DNA of 64,000 nt, from IMG/VR virus record IMGVR_UViG_3300027838_000002, positions 1 through 64,000 of that record. One strand, written 5' to 3'. The position numbers and the translations under genes are program-made. The notes below the pieces were generated by a model. The model worked only from the letters and a program-made list of their open reading frames with translations, had not been told where the DNA came from and did no database searches. Shown one piece after another: positions 31,103 to 40,619 of this stretch. Origin of the DNA: a virus. Taxonomy: Duplodnaviria > Caudoviricetes. Position 1 is the stretch's first letter, and each line of letters begins with the position of its first letter.

Positions 31103-31185
31103 GTGCCTGCACAACCGTCCTCCCAGTGGCAAAATGTAGGGACAACCGAAAGCCTGCCGTTTACCCACGGCAGGCTTTCTCTTTT
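31103..31185 (+). ncRNA. candidate small RNA (~80 nt)
   Basis: between promoter and terminator; two ACAACCG copies 31 nt apart. Confidence 0.4.
31148..31185 (+). terminator. intrinsic terminator (possibly bidirectional)
   Basis: GAAAGCCTGCCGT-TTACCC-ACGGCAGGCTTTC-TCTTTT. Confidence 0.8.
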
Positions 31186-31198
31186 ACATCTACGTATT

Positions 31199-31720
31199 TT
31201 ACGTCGACTCGACTGGTGACTTACGCACAGTCGTTGGATCTATTGACCGCCTACGCGGCCGAACCTCTTCCACGCGAAACGTACCGTAGCCCTCGTCCGG
31301 CTTGAACGACGAGATACCCTTGTACGTCCCCGCGACATCCATCAGCTGCCACAAGTCATCCATACTCAACCCATCAGGGAGCACGCAGTTCACCCCGATG
31401 GTGTCGCCAGATAAAAACGCCTCATGGAGGGCGTATCTGGGACGCGCCTCCGGCTTATTTTCCGGCGCCGGGAAATACCGACGCCATTTTTTAGGGACAC
31501 CGTCGACGACGGGATCCCATCGAATCCTCTTCACAGCAGACTGGTGACGGCTCAAAACCTTGGCCGCGTATCGTATGATACCCGCCCACCAGGTTGGCAG
31601 AAACAGCACTCTGCCCTCGGGGTCGCGCCGCATTGCGAGAATGTGGTTCTTCCCATCAGCCCGTTTGACATCACCCGGGCAAGGCTGGTTGAACTGAATT
31701 CTCACCGTCACTTCTTGCAT
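31199..31720 (-). CDS. stand-alone Cas7/Csm3-like RAMP-fold protein
   Basis: VTVRIQFNQPCPG; RDPEGRVLFLPTWWAGIIR; HEAFLSGDTI; G-rich loop GISSFKPDEGYGTF. Confidence 0.6.
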   Translation of the reverse strand: MQEVTVRIQFNQPCPGDVKRADGKNHILAMRRDPEGRVLFLPTWWAGIIRYAAKVLSRHQSAVKRIRWDPVVDGVPKKWRRYFPAPENKPEARPRYALHEAFLSGDTIGVNCVLPDGLSMDDLWQLMDVAGTYKGISSFKPDEGYGTFRVEEVRPRRRSIDPTTVRKSPVEST

Positions 31721-31777
31721 CCCACCGACCCCTTGCGGGTACGAAGCATCCTACCGGTCATCCAAACGAATGTCGAG

Positions 31778-32719
31778 TCAGTGCTTCTCGGAAAGCATGT
31801 GTTTCTTGAAAGCACCAATCTCGGACTCAGACTTGAAGAAATACTCGGGGACAAAAAGACCGTCACCCCCGTGATACAGCGAGTCCAACCACGTGTGCCG
31901 CAAAAATCGCAGAAAGGTCTGCGCGGCACGTAATTGCCCCTTTATCGGATCGGTCGTGGCATGTTTTGCCCATACGCGATACACGAAATTGCCCGGCGCC
32001 TGCAAACTAGGGTCTGACTGCATCACCGACTCCATGCAACGGTGCCAGCAATCCATCACAATACGACAGCGCGGATTAAACTGACGCGACTTATAGGAAT
32101 GCGCTGCGCCCGAATATGCCATCCGCACATTGTGCACTGTCAATCCGAGGTATGCTTCCAATCGAGCTGTGCGCTCCGGATGATGCTGATCGATGTACCA
32201 GCGCGGATCACGAATAACAGCAATGAGACGAGCACACGCATGCTGCTCGCTCGACGCAAACGATAGCGCTGGCCAGACAGGGTGATTATGCAAAATTTGC
32301 AAAGATTGGTCTGAGACCTCTCCTCGCCGCTCCTGCACGGCCAACATGTAGGACGGATAGTCATGCGCGCCGAACTGGTGCCACCCACCCAGGCTAGACG
32401 CAAGCATGAAACGCCGAGATCTCACGAGCACAACTTCCGGGTCAGCGCGCTCCGATGCTGAATGACACAGCAGCGGGGTACATATATACAACCGAAAGTT
32501 GGGGTCGTGGTGCTTCTTCAGATAAACCTCAAGGATTAACTCGGTGTTATCTGGGGTCGCCACGACATGGAACAAGGAAGACTGCTGGATGCGCGGTGAC
32601 TGCATAAATTCACGCAGATCACTACCACTACACACCGGCAACTCTTGCCCATCCAGATACCATATGATCCCATCCGTATCTGAATGCAATTTAAGGCTGA
32701 CGTCTAGCGGATTATGCAC
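31778..32719 (-). CDS. divergent Nop/IS110-C-terminal-like protein
   Basis: HPVWPALSF..ACARLIAVIRDPRWY..RLEAYLGL and LRAAQTFLRFLRHTW match the Transposase_20/Nop helix pattern; no DEDD. Confidence 0.5.
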   Translation of the reverse strand: MHNPLDVSLKLHSDTDGIIWYLDGQELPVCSGSDLREFMQSPRIQQSSLFHVVATPDNTELILEVYLKKHHDPNFRLYICTPLLCHSASERADPEVVLVRSRRFMLASSLGGWHQFGAHDYPSYMLAVQERRGEVSDQSLQILHNHPVWPALSFASSEQHACARLIAVIRDPRWYIDQHHPERTARLEAYLGLTVHNVRMAYSGAAHSYKSRQFNPRCRIVMDCWHRCMESVMQSDPSLQAPGNFVYRVWAKHATTDPIKGQLRAAQTFLRFLRHTWLDSLYHGGDGLFVPEYFFKSESEIGAFKKHMLSEKH

Positions 32720-32730
32720 CAGTTAGTCCC

Positions 32731-34911
32731 CTACAGTTGCACTACGTTATCAAATAGATGGCCTAGTGAATTTTCATGCGTAATCAGTACACACTGCAAA
32801 CCACGTGACCCTGACAAATCTCGTAGCTTGCCCAACGCAACCGACAAGCAACCAAGATTGTCGTCGTCCAGGTAAGCCGTCGGCTCATCCAGACACAACA
32901 AGCTGAGATCGTTTGCAAACATCGAATTCACTGCGATCCGGAACGCCAACGCCAACACGACCTTTTGACCGCCCGACAGACGCGTCGCCGGTTGAATTCG
33001 CCCATCCTCAAACAGAACTTCAAAGCCCATGCCCTCGATAGCGCGAATTTGGTAATCGGTATCAAATAGGGTAAGCAATTCGTTGGTATCTGTCTCCAGC
33101 AATTCCAGGTAGTTCTGCGCGACGATTCGCGGCAGATTGTCCCGGTGTAGCAGCGTACGCACGGATTCCAGGTGTGTGTAGAACACGTCCTCATGCGCCA
33201 GGCTCGCAGCCGCCTCCTGGGCCTGGGTTAACTGGCTTCGACGACGAGTCACAACCTCGGTGGCGATGGCGGCGTTGTTGGCCGCCTCGATGCGTCGGTA
33301 GTGCTGGCTACGATTATGCGCACATCGCTCCTCTGCCTCCTGGACCTCGTCTTGCGTCATCCGCGCGTGCTCATCACGCTTACGGGTAATTGCCTCGATC
33401 TCGATGAGAAGATCTTCCATTATGCGCTGGGTGTAACCCCTGACTCCAACAGCCTTATCATATTCTCCGGTAAAACTGGCTGCCAGGATAACCTGCTGAT
33501 CGTACTCGTCGACGAAAGTCATATTCTCGGATATCTTGTGATGATCGAGGAGTTCGCCGCCTGGCTCAGGTAGCTGGCCATACTCTTCCTGATCCCGGTT
33601 TGTGGCCTTCTCCCACGAACTTCTCCAGCCGTTCCAACGCACCAGCGCCAGCCTATGCTCGGTGGCGTCGTCAATCTTCTTCTCGAAATCGGCTAGCTCA
33701 TTAGATATTTCACCGAGGCGTGTACGTAACTCATCCGCATCCACGTCGATATCGTCCACGTGCGTGCCGCACGTAGGGCATTCAGCCTTGTGATGCGCGG
33801 ACTCCGGGTCAGCGAAATACGCCAGAAGATGATCACACTTTCGCTGCTCTATCTTAAGTTCGTCGATGACAGACAGCGCATCAGGGGAAGACAGCTCATC
33901 AAGTGGCACCCAGCCTTCAGGAGGAGTCGGCTCAGGGTTAGCTTCCTCTTCCAGGCAGGCAGTATTTATACGCTGCTGAAGACGCTGCCGTTTATCGTGC
34001 TCTGCCCGCAACGACGTCTGCGCGGCCAATACCTCTTTTGTTTCCTCGCACGTCTTTCTGCCCTCATCCACAAGACAGACGTAATTATCACGATCTTGCC
34101 GCGCACGCGCACAAACTTCCGCCAACCCCAGCAACTCCACTTCGTAACCCTGCAGTTTCTCGTGTTTCCCACCAGCTTCAACGTCATAACGCGTCCACTG
34201 ATTGTGTGACGTAATGCGTATCCGGTCAGGATCCTCAGCATCAATGTAGTCACCGGAAATGCCAGGAAATTGGGTTGCCAGTATGATGTCGCAATTGCCC
34301 AGATCACGCTCAGACTCCGCTAGCTCGGACTGTAGGTGGTCCAAGTTAGGAAGAAGCACATGCGATCTGCGTTGCTCGATCAAGAACGAGCCCACCGCCT
34401 CCCAGCACTTCTCTGCCTGCGAGACGCCGAAAAGCTTTTGAAATGACCGCGCACGCTCTGCAGGCTTTGCGGCCAGGGGAGCAAATATCTCACCCTGTTC
34501 CACAAAGACGTACTGATTGAGCATCTGCGTCGACACGCCGAGCAAGTCGGCAACAGCAGCACTCGCTGCTTTGTCGCCGCGAATCTTGTCGGCGTGGGAG
34601 TAGCTATGGTCAAGCTGAAAATACGACTGCTTGCCACGGAGACCACGTTGAACCGTGGCTGTAGTACCGTTGTGCTCAAACTTCAGCTTGACGTAAGACG
34701 GCTCATCGTCATCAGCAAACTGGCAGATGTTCTCGACCTTCTTACCATTGGTACGACTGAAGTCACCGGTTAACGCGCCAAGCGCAGACACCAACAGGTT
34801 TGATTTTCCAGAACCGTTATGCCCAAGAAAGGCGTTGAGCCGGTTATGAAATTCAACCTCCTTGTGCCTGTGCTGACAAAAGTTGTGAACCTCCAGGCTC
34901 AGCAATTTCAT
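32731..34911 (-). CDS. sbcC: SbcC/Rad50 (gp46-like) ATPase
   Basis: GHNGSGKS, coiled coil with CPTCG hook, LSGGQ, LDEPT, ITH. Confidence 0.95.
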   Translation of the reverse strand: MKLLSLEVHNFCQHRHKEVEFHNRLNAFLGHNGSGKSNLLVSALGALTGDFSRTNGKKVENICQFADDDEPSYVKLKFEHNGTTATVQRGLRGKQSYFQLDHSYSHADKIRGDKAASAAVADLLGVSTQMLNQYVFVEQGEIFAPLAAKPAERARSFQKLFGVSQAEKCWEAVGSFLIEQRRSHVLLPNLDHLQSELAESERDLGNCDIILATQFPGISGDYIDAEDPDRIRITSHNQWTRYDVEAGGKHEKLQGYEVELLGLAEVCARARQDRDNYVCLVDEGRKTCEETKEVLAAQTSLRAEHDKRQRLQQRINTACLEEEANPEPTPPEGWVPLDELSSPDALSVIDELKIEQRKCDHLLAYFADPESAHHKAECPTCGTHVDDIDVDADELRTRLGEISNELADFEKKIDDATEHRLALVRWNGWRSSWEKATNRDQEEYGQLPEPGGELLDHHKISENMTFVDEYDQQVILAASFTGEYDKAVGVRGYTQRIMEDLLIEIEAITRKRDEHARMTQDEVQEAEERCAHNRSQHYRRIEAANNAAIATEVVTRRRSQLTQAQEAAASLAHEDVFYTHLESVRTLLHRDNLPRIVAQNYLELLETDTNELLTLFDTDYQIRAIEGMGFEVLFEDGRIQPATRLSGGQKVVLALAFRIAVNSMFANDLSLLCLDEPTAYLDDDNLGCLSVALGKLRDLSGSRGLQCVLITHENSLGHLFDNVVQL

Positions 34912-35393
34912 GCGCTGTTACCTCCCAAGTTCATGGCCCTCCCATACGATTTACCATGAGCACCAACTCCAACAGTTGCTGGCATGACAGTGTGCTCCAG
35001 ATTGTACATCACATAGCAGTAATTTCTGAGAAACACCTCGCGATCGTAATCGCTAGTCATCATCAGGATTAATTTCTCCGCCGTGATCAGGGTCACGCGT
35101 GCATAGTACAACCCGTCGTAATACACATGAGAATTACGAATAGGAATAGACGCGGCTACCGGTCGATCCATACTTAACACTGACCGTAAATCTTCTGCGC
35201 TCAATGCACGCGCCAGATAGACTTTCTCACTCGTTGTAAACTTCTCTCTGTAAGAGAGACTTGCCACCAGCGACCCTGTTTCAAAGCTGATTTCTCCCCA
35301 GGGACCAAGTACGATACCAGTATTATCAAGAGTATGATCGTCATCCGAGTCAGTCGGACGCTGTTTGGGTTTCCTCAGCAGCAGGTACTGCAT
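34908..35393 (-). CDS. hypothetical protein
   Basis: ORF between sbcD and sbcC. Confidence 0.55.
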   Translation of the reverse strand: MQYLLLRKPKQRPTDSDDDHTLDNTGIVLGPWGEISFETGSLVASLSYREKFTTSEKVYLARALSAEDLRSVLSMDRPVAASIPIRNSHVYYDGLYYARVTLITAEKLILMMTSDYDREVFLRNYCYVMYNLEHTVMPATVGVGAHGKSYGRAMNLGGNSA

Positions 35394-36537
35394 TCATATG
35401 TTCCCTACGCATTTTGACAAGAAGTTCCCGCAGATCCGTAATACCGGAGCTAGACAGTAGCCGCATCGCTGTCTGGTATTCTGCTGAATCAGGGTCCGCC
35501 ACCAAACCTAGTGCCCCGGCGAGTCCCTGATCAATAACATCACGACGTGCTTGATCTTCAACTTCTGGCGAGTCTTGCTCAACCGATACCGGGCTCGTAA
35601 ACAAGTACGCTTGGTCGCCGACCGTGGCGCGAATGCGGTTGTAGACGTCTGGAATAGTGTCCAAGTACGACACTCGGAGCAACGGCTTCGCGATAACCGC
35701 TGGAAGTGAATCCAGACGCTCGCCCTGGTTTACCAGCACGGACAACTCGTGGAGATCATCCTCGTGCTCAATAGCGACCTCATCGAAATGTCGAGTTTCC
35801 AGATTGTGATGCGACATAGAATGGCCTGGCTCGGACGAAATGTCGCCGTCGCGGAAATGGTAGAAGCACTTGTTGGACGGCTCGGAGATTGACCGCATGC
35901 TAATCGAGCCGGGGGAGTACATAGTGAGCTCATCGACATCCGGACCGGCCGGATAACACGCCTCCGTGTGCTCATGGAAATCGCCGGTCAACACATGCTT
36001 AATCTGCGGCGCACGTACTAACAGCATGCTGAGCTCACACTCAGAGGGTATCCACCCTCCCATGAACTCCGACCAAACCTGGTGAGCCACCAGCACCGAG
36101 GCCTCGTCAGGAATGTTGTCGAAGGCTTCCTCGATGTGTTCTTTGGGCGTCCAATCAAGCCCGTAGAACGTTGCGCCGTCGATCTCGAACGTCTGCCCAT
36201 GCACATGCGTGGGCCACGGATGCACACGCATCCACTCAGGTCGCCCATGATCTTCTCCAAGGTTACGTCGCACGCGCTCGTGCTGGCCCTGGATGAAGTA
36301 GACAGGTAGTCCGTCTTCCTGCATCCTGTCCATCTCCCGGCACATCACGTTGACGCTCACGGGATCCGGATCAGGCTTATCGAAAAGGTCGCCACCTGCG
36401 ATCAACGGCAGCTCGTTCTCGATACAGTAATCAACAATCTGCGCCAAACTGTGGTAGGAATCACCAACCATGGTTGGATACTTCACCCACGTCGTGTAGC
36501 TCAGATGCCAGTCAGCACTAAAAACGAAACCTGCGAT
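35350..36537 (-). CDS. sbcD: SbcD/Mre11 (gp47-like) nuclease; probable ATC start
   Basis: ADWHL (upstream of track start), GGDLFD, QGQHE, AHQ, GDFH, YSPGS. Confidence 0.9.
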   Translation of the reverse strand: MAGFVFSADWHLSYTTWVKYPTMVGDSYHSLAQIVDYCIENELPLIAGGDLFDKPDPDPVSVNVMCREMDRMQEDGLPVYFIQGQHERVRRNLGEDHGRPEWMRVHPWPTHVHGQTFEIDGATFYGLDWTPKEHIEEAFDNIPDEASVLVAHQVWSEFMGGWIPSECELSMLLVRAPQIKHVLTGDFHEHTEACYPAGPDVDELTMYSPGSISMRSISEPSNKCFYHFRDGDISSEPGHSMSHHNLETRHFDEVAIEHEDDLHELSVLVNQGERLDSLPAVIAKPLLRVSYLDTIPDVYNRIRATVGDQAYLFTSPVSVEQDSPEVEDQARRDVIDQGLAGALGLVADPDSAEYQTAMRLLSSSGITDLRELLVKMRREHMNAVPAAEETQTASD

Positions 36538-36540
36538 GGC

Positions 36541-36879
36541 TCAGCCCTCCCCTTTCGGGAACGATTTGATAACCGTATTCATCATCTCAGTGATGTGTTG
36601 TATCAGCTCCGCAGGCGGCTGAGAAAGTGCGTCGCCAAAGCCTCCCCAAGCCTCGCCGCAAATTCGGCAGACTGGTACATCATTAATCCGCGAATCGATA
36701 TCAGCCATGCTACTCCGAAATTCTTCTCCGGCGCCGTTGAGACCCTGCGCCGTATCGTACCTGTCGACAATGTGTGAATTCGGAAAAGCCGACTGTAAGC
36801 TGAGCGCCAACTGAAGCGCGCAGTGATCTCGCAACGCAGACTTTTCGTAAAGCTCTTTAAAAAACGAAATTTCAGTCAT
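36541..36879 (-). CDS. hypothetical protein
   Basis: MTEISF start; stop is in frame with sbcD. Confidence 0.5.
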   Translation of the reverse strand: MTEISFFKELYEKSALRDHCALQLALSLQSAFPNSHIVDRYDTAQGLNGAGEEFRSSMADIDSRINDVPVCRICGEAWGGFGDALSQPPAELIQHITEMMNTVIKSFPKGEG

Positions 36880-36969
36880 CAAAATCTTCCACATTACAGG
36901 AGCGTTTGCTACAATTCGGCCCAACCAGTAAAACGACACGCCCACAAAAGGCTAACCAAGGAGCAGACA

Positions 36970-37164
36970 ATGGGACGACTTGTGCTGACTCGTCGACCTA
37001 ACCAAGCTATTCTGATCGACAACAAGACGACAGTCACTATCATTAGCTGCTCACGGGGCAAAGTACGGCTAGGTATCGACGCGCCGCCCAGCGTCCATGT
37101 GGTCAGAGACGACGCACACAAAGGTGCCCCTGACCACGAAGACAAATCAGTTAAGCAAGCCTGA
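36970..37164 (+). CDS. csrA: CsrA/RsmA translational regulator
   Basis: LVLTRR..I.I..VRLGIDAP..VVR; AAGGAG SD. Confidence 0.9.
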   Translation: MGRLVLTRRPNQAILIDNKTTVTIISCSRGKVRLGIDAPPSVHVVRDDAHKGAPDHEDKSVKQA

Positions 37165-38607
37165 CACCGTTGACGTAGTGCTGTAATCGTCGAGCTCGTC
37201 CACGAGCAACACCTCTCCGTCATGCTGGCGCACGAACTCTGCGCCTGGAATGGCCCCATAAGCATTACTGCTGCCTTTAACCAGCGCGTCCGGCTGGATC
37301 TCTCGGATCAGAGCCTCGGGCGTGTCTTCGTCGAACCAGGTCACAACGTCGACGAACGGAAGCTGCGCAATCGTTTTTGCGCGCAGCTCCAGCGACTGAA
37401 ACGGACGGTCGTCCCCTTTGCCACGCTTGGCGGACGCGTCCGTATTCAGCGCGACTACAAAGTAAGGCCTGTCCAGCAGTCGGCTAGCCTCACGTAGCAG
37501 GTGCATGTGACCCTTGTGCAACAGGTCAAAATGCCCGTTCGTGAACGCGATACTGGCGTCCCTATTACGATGGACAGCCGCTCTGCGGATAGCTTCGCCT
37601 GGCGCACAGATCTTGTCCTCGATCAAACCCGCAGCTAGCTCTTCTTGAGTTACAGGATCCATCCCACGTTTCCTCACGAAAAGGCCAGCGGCAACATTTG
37701 CGTGGTTCACGTCGTCAGTTACTGCGTACGTCGCAGTAACCACATCACCAGCGCCGGAGACATCAACCACAGCTCTCGTATCTGCAATAGCAGGGATTTC
37801 ACCGAACTTATTGATGACGTGCGCCACTCCAGCGGAACCACACGTACAGATAATCTGCTTCCAGTTATAGGCAGACATCATCTGTTTGCATGCGTGAAAA
37901 ATCTCCTGCCGATCGCCATAGAGCTGATACAGCTCAGACTCATTAATCACAACACAATCCGCCCCAATGAATGCCTTGGCATTCGCGGGCTTTGGCGCTG
38001 CGATGATGCGATATTCGTTATTTCTGGCGATAAACTCCGCCGTGGCGGCATGATCTGCGAAGGCACCGCCGTCATAGTCCACCAGAATCACGGTATCGAC
38101 GCCTGGCTTACTGTTGCCTTCAGCTCCATACAGATCATCTATGACAGACTGCGCCGCGTTCAACAGTCCGTCCTGTAACAACTCTACCTGCTCCGGCAGC
38201 TCCCGCTCGCAGTCAAACCGGAACAGGTGCCGCCCGGTAGCAGCCTCAACGTAGCGCGTCTTGGTCGGCACCCTGAACTGCCTGTTAATACGGACTGGGG
38301 CGTACTCCAGACAGAAATCCCGGCCCTGCTGCTTAGCGTAGGCATCAATGCGCTTTTGAGCCTTGAGCGCAACAGCGCCCACCAAGCTCCCTGTGCCCGT
38401 CGGTGCAACCAGGATTGTATTGGCACCCAACATAGCAGCACTCACGGCCACCTGTCCGGCGCCGCCAGGAGTGTATTCATCGATATACGCGTCATCTTCG
38501 GTACTCCTGCCCACAAGGACGGGCGCTTCAGGGGCAAGACGGCCCACCGTACACTCGACGCGCCGGTCAAGTATCAGATCTCCGACCACAAGGATGCTCT
38601 TCGGCAC
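37147..38607 (-). CDS. hldE: bifunctional heptose-7-P kinase/heptose-1-P adenylyltransferase
   Basis: VVGDLILD..RLAPEAPV, DVSGAGD, FTNGHFDLLHKGH, KGDDRP, YSTT. Confidence 0.9.
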   Translation of the reverse strand: MPKSILVVGDLILDRRVECTVGRLAPEAPVLVGRSTEDDAYIDEYTPGGAGQVAVSAAMLGANTILVAPTGTGSLVGAVALKAQKRIDAYAKQQGRDFCLEYAPVRINRQFRVPTKTRYVEAATGRHLFRFDCERELPEQVELLQDGLLNAAQSVIDDLYGAEGNSKPGVDTVILVDYDGGAFADHAATAEFIARNNEYRIIAAPKPANAKAFIGADCVVINESELYQLYGDRQEIFHACKQMMSAYNWKQIICTCGSAGVAHVINKFGEIPAIADTRAVVDVSGAGDVVTATYAVTDDVNHANVAAGLFVRKRGMDPVTQEELAAGLIEDKICAPGEAIRRAAVHRNRDASIAFTNGHFDLLHKGHMHLLREASRLLDRPYFVVALNTDASAKRGKGDDRPFQSLELRAKTIAQLPFVDVVTWFDEDTPEALIREIQPDALVKGSSNAYGAIPGAEFVRQHDGEVLLVDELDDYSTTSTVSGLLN

Positions 38608-38609
38608 AA

Positions 38610-38795
38610 CTACTCCATGTCCGCGTACTGCGCGGATTTGTTTTGGTCCCGCCTACTGGCGCGGGCGTTATCGTCGTTGCATCTCTTGCAAAGACGATTC
38701 CCGCAACTAGTAGAGCAAAACTCTTTCATACACTTCAAACACTGGCGAAACACCCCGTCGCACTCGTCGGAAATCTTCTTCTTGGAACGCGGCAT
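38610..38795 (-). CDS. small zinc-finger protein
   Basis: RQCLKCMKEF..NRLCKRC; paralog of 11699. Confidence 0.6.
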   Translation of the reverse strand: MPRSKKKISDECDGVFRQCLKCMKEFCSTSCGNRLCKRCNDDNARASRRDQNKSAQYADME

Positions 38796-38809
38796 CCGTG
38801 CCTCCCGCA

Positions 38810-39577
38810 TTAAACTGGTGCAACCGCATCAAACACTGCCGCAGAAAGCGTCAGAGAATAGTCCTTATCGTCATACTTGATGGTCAACGGTGTGCAGTCG
38901 TCGCTACCGTTCTGCCCAACGAAATCCAAATCACGTATCGGAGGATGCTCTGCTACCACGTCCTCGCCGCCTGACAGCAGGTACGCGTCAACGTAATGAT
39001 AGTTCTCAGCCGTCGATATCTCGACTACAAAATCAAGCGGCCCATTCTCGTGTGTAAACTCCGCATGCGCAAGACGTAACAACGATGACCCAACCGGGGA
39101 ATCTGGATCAGGTTCTGCCAATAACGCGAGAGCGTTATCCAGATCCGACTGGGTAACGGTCTGCTCGATCGGCTCCAAGATCTCCTCGTAGCCAGGATCC
39201 TCCGGAGTTTCTACTGGCGCCAATAGAGCAGCAGGAGCCTCGTCGTGTGCATCAAGATCGGCGCCCTCCTCTGATTCGAACACCTCGGTCAGATACTCGG
39301 TAAGAGACAGCTCCACGTTATCGTCGAGCATATCCGCGTAGTAGCTGAGCAGCGTTACCTTGGTCTCGTCAGCGATCTCGCGCTGTCCCCAGACATTCTT
39401 GGTACGCAGCGCTGCTGAATAAAGGGCGCTACCATTCTCGTCGAAGCTCGCTGATTTCACAAAAGAGTCAAACGGCATATTCGGAAACAGCTTCTTGAAC
39501 ACGATGAACAGGCGCAACAGCTCCAGTTGTCTGACAAGTGACAGTTCGGTCGCGGTCAAAATATCAATGGCTGCCAT
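38810..39577 (-). CDS. hypothetical acidic protein
   Basis: 255 aa, GAGG SD. Confidence 0.7.
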   Translation of the reverse strand: MAAIDILTATELSLVRQLELLRLFIVFKKLFPNMPFDSFVKSASFDENGSALYSAALRTKNVWGQREIADETKVTLLSYYADMLDDNVELSLTEYLTEVFESEEGADLDAHDEAPAALLAPVETPEDPGYEEILEPIEQTVTQSDLDNALALLAEPDPDSPVGSSLLRLAHAEFTHENGPLDFVVEISTAENYHYVDAYLLSGGEDVVAEHPPIRDLDFVGQNGSDDCTPLTIKYDDKDYSLTLSAAVFDAVAPV

Positions 39578-39632
39578 GATCAGCTACCTCTCACACGGGC
39601 GTCAAAACAAAAGTTGTAACCAAGCTGCGCTA

Positions 39633-40619
39633 TCAATAAATACGCTGCTTGCGAAAACATCCATACATCAGTCGCATCTTCTTGCCCTCCAGGGCGTGCA
39701 AGATGCTAACGGTATCAGTAACGTCTCCCGTCAACAGAGCCACAGGATACGAGCAAGTTAACGACGCCACCCGTACCAACTCTGGCCTGGACGGACGCAC
39801 GATGCGCACGTATCGAGAGCACGCTCGCTTGAAAGCTAGTGGCAACTCCTTGTCGGCAGGTACTACAATCATCGCACGGTGCTGAATGCACCACTTATGT
39901 TTCATGGGAGTCACGGATGAAACAAGTAAAGCTCCAACAGGATCCAAAGCGCGCACGACATTGGCGCGGCTAGCAAACGAGTCATTTATCACTTTTGACA
40001 ATGTTACTTCGTCTTTTCTGTGCTCCCGACGAATGTGCCCGAACACCACGTGATGCGTATAGGTCCTGTCAGCCACCGGGCTATACCTGCGCACAGACTC
40101 GTCATGGGCGCCATTGAACACCATAGCCCGCCCTCTGGGGACATATGGATCACCAGTACCACCGACCGGGGTAGGTGGTTGGTATCCTGCGGGAAGCGAA
40201 AAATCACCGGGAAACCGGTCTTCGATTCGTTTCCACATCTCGGATACCCAGCGCCCGTAGCAAAATGGGCAAATCACCACCCGGTTACAGCTACGTGTAG
40301 CGGGATAAGCAGCCATGAAATACGGACGACAGTTTTTCATGTACTGCACACGAGAGCTGTTTGGTAACGCATGCCACCCCGCGTCCGCTAGCTCCGCCAC
40401 ACGAGAACGCCACTGACGGATAGCCTTCTTAACCAGACGAGGCACCACGACTTCCGCTAGGCTGGGACTTCGTGGGATAGTCTCGTAAATAGCACTCAGC
40501 ACTGACTCACGTGCCACTACAGAGTGGTAGTTGTTCGGGACAAACTCACCCCGAAATGCTACATCAAACATCCCCCGCTTCCTCTTTTGTCTTGTGGCCG
40601 TTTCGGCAGCGGCGGGCAA
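39633..40619 (-). CDS. Rep_1-like (rolling-circle HUH) protein, degenerate
   Basis: CNRVVICPFC; SSVTP..WCIQHRAMIVVP; LHALEGKKMRLMYGCFR. Confidence 0.45.
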   Translation of the reverse strand: MPAAAETATRQKRKRGMFDVAFRGEFVPNNYHSVVARESVLSAIYETIPRSPSLAEVVVPRLVKKAIRQWRSRVAELADAGWHALPNSSRVQYMKNCRPYFMAAYPATRSCNRVVICPFCYGRWVSEMWKRIEDRFPGDFSLPAGYQPPTPVGGTGDPYVPRGRAMVFNGAHDESVRRYSPVADRTYTHHVVFGHIRREHRKDEVTLSKVINDSFASRANVVRALDPVGALLVSSVTPMKHKWCIQHRAMIVVPADKELPLAFKRACSRYVRIVRPSRPELVRVASLTCSYPVALLTGDVTDTVSILHALEGKKMRLMYGCFRKQRIY

